A stretch of 63,204 nucleotides of DNA, the filler included, from Octopus bimaculoides (Eukaryota), in assembly GCF_001194135.2 (NCBI RefSeq). It is 3 parts of 2 records of this genome, joined end to end, with 100 filler letters (N's around TTAATTAATTAA, not from the genome) between each part and the next. Parts side by side here need not be neighbours in the genome. Positions count along the whole stretch, not along the records: positions 56,646 to 63,204 come from NC_068986.1; 2 more parts are not named here. One strand, written 5' to 3'. The notes below the pieces were generated by a model. The model saw only the letters and a program-made list of their open reading frames with translations, did not search any database and had not been told where the DNA came from. A program made the position numbers and the translations under genes. Of this stretch, positions 62,129 to 63,204 are shown one piece after another. Numbering within the stretch: the first letter of the stretch is position 1; each line of letters opens with the position of its first letter.

Positions 62129-62809
62129 NNNNNNNNNNNNNNNNNNNNNNNNNNNNNNNNNNNNNNNNNNNNNNNNNNNNNNNNNNNNNNNNNNNNNNNN
62201 NNNNNNNNNNNNNNNNNNNNNNNNNNNNNNNNNNNNNNNNNNNNNNNNNNNNNNNNNNNNNNNNNNNNNNNNNNNNNNNNNNNNNNNNNNNNNNNNNNNN
62301 NNNNNNNNNNNNNNNNNNNNNNNNNNNNNNNNNNNNNNNNNNNNNNNNNNNNNNNNNNNNNNNNNNNNNNNNNNNNNNNNNNNNNNNNNNNNNNNNNNNN
62401 NNNNNNNNNNNNNNNNNNNNNNNNNNNNNNNNNNNNNNNNNNNNNNNNNNNNNNNNNNNNNNNNNNNNNNNNNNNNNNNNNNNNNNNNNNNNNNNNNNNN
62501 NNNNNNNNNNNNNNNNNNNNNNNNNNNNNNNNNNNNNNNNNNNNNNNNNNNNNNNNNNNNNNNNNNNNNNNNNNNNNNNNNNNNNNNNNNNNNNNNNNNN
62601 NNNNNNNNNNNNNNNNNNNNNNNNNNNNNNNNNNNNNNNNNNNNNNNNNNNNNNNNNNNNNNNNNNNNNNNNNNNNNNNNNNNNNNNNNNNNNNNNNNNN
62701 NNNNNNNNNNNNNNNNNNNNNNNNNNNNNNNNNNNNNNNNNNNNNNNNNNNNNNNNNNNNNNNNNNNNNNNNNNNNNNNNNNNNNNNNNNNNNNNNNNNN
62801 NNNNNNNNN

Positions 62810-62960
62810 GTTACAGGGAAGCAAAGTTCTTAACGGTTCTGGGTTCAGTCCCGCTGCGTGGCACGTTGGGCATATGTCTTCTACTACAGCCTCGGGACGA
62901 CTGAAGCCTTGTGAGTGGATTTGGTAGACGGAAACTGAAAGAAGCCCATCGTATATATAT
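62810..62960 (+). mobile_element. SINE family A, 5' half (head and CORE-like centre)
   Basis: ggttctgggttcagtcccgctgcgtggcacgttgggcatatgtcttctactacagcctcggg...gaaactgaaagaagcccatcgta. Confidence 0.85.
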
Positions 62961-62974
62961 GTGTATATATATTT

Positions 62975-63185
62975 TTTTATTCTTTTACTTATTTCAATCA
63001 CTTGACTGCGGTCATGCTGGAGCACAGGCTTTAGTCAAAGAAATCTACCCCAGGACTTATTCTTTGTAAGTCTAGTACTTATTCTATCGGGCCCTTTTGC
63101 CATACCACTCGGTTACGTCGACTAAACACACCAACAACGATTTCAAGCGATGGTGGTGTGGGACAAACACAGACACACAAATACA
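62975..63185 (-). mobile_element. SINE family A, 3' half, in opposite orientation inside the TA tract of the previous copy
   Basis: ttcttttacttatttcaatcacttgactgcggtcatgctggagcac...ccccaggacttattctttgtaag...gggacaaacacagacac. Confidence 0.85.
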
Positions 63186-63204
63186 TACGTGCATATATAC
63201 ATAC

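Overview
Repeat-rich, AT-rich animal genomic scaffold with many N gaps. The SINE and RTE families and the dense (TA)n/(CA)n/(ATT)n microsatellites fit an octopus (coleoid cephalopod) assembly; this is inference from repeat recognition, not a database hit. The only host gene I can support is the 3' half of a minus-strand SLC6 transporter most similar to GABA transporter GAT-1. It has seven GT-AG exons (125, 113, 132, 103, 101, 168, 117 bp; 18874 to 12945) that splice in frame from TM7 to the stop codon. Its 5' exons (TM1-TM6) were not found in the remaining 44 kb. The rest is a layered set of mobile elements: R4/Dong, RTE, CR1/L2, CRE-clade and Penelope-like retroelement remnants, a Mag-like Ty3/Gypsy element with PBS and PPT, an ORF1-only (RRM-like + CCHC) element, Tc1/mariner, hAT, foldback and Helitron-type elements, and several tRNA-derived SINE families. 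Main points for a second look: (1) a tRNA-headed SINE with a clean target-site duplication carrying a minimal type I hammerhead ribozyme motif, plus other hammerhead-bearing repeats; (2) the ORF1-only element; (3) Glu instead of Asp at the GAT-1 D451 gate position, plus PPxY and PDZ-type tail motifs; (4) a sharply bounded CpG-depleted domain (~32-54.8 kb) ending at a candidate first exon. Almost all ORFs in the supplied track are microsatellite or N-gap artefacts. Repeat boundaries were read by eye and are approximate unless a junction is quoted.
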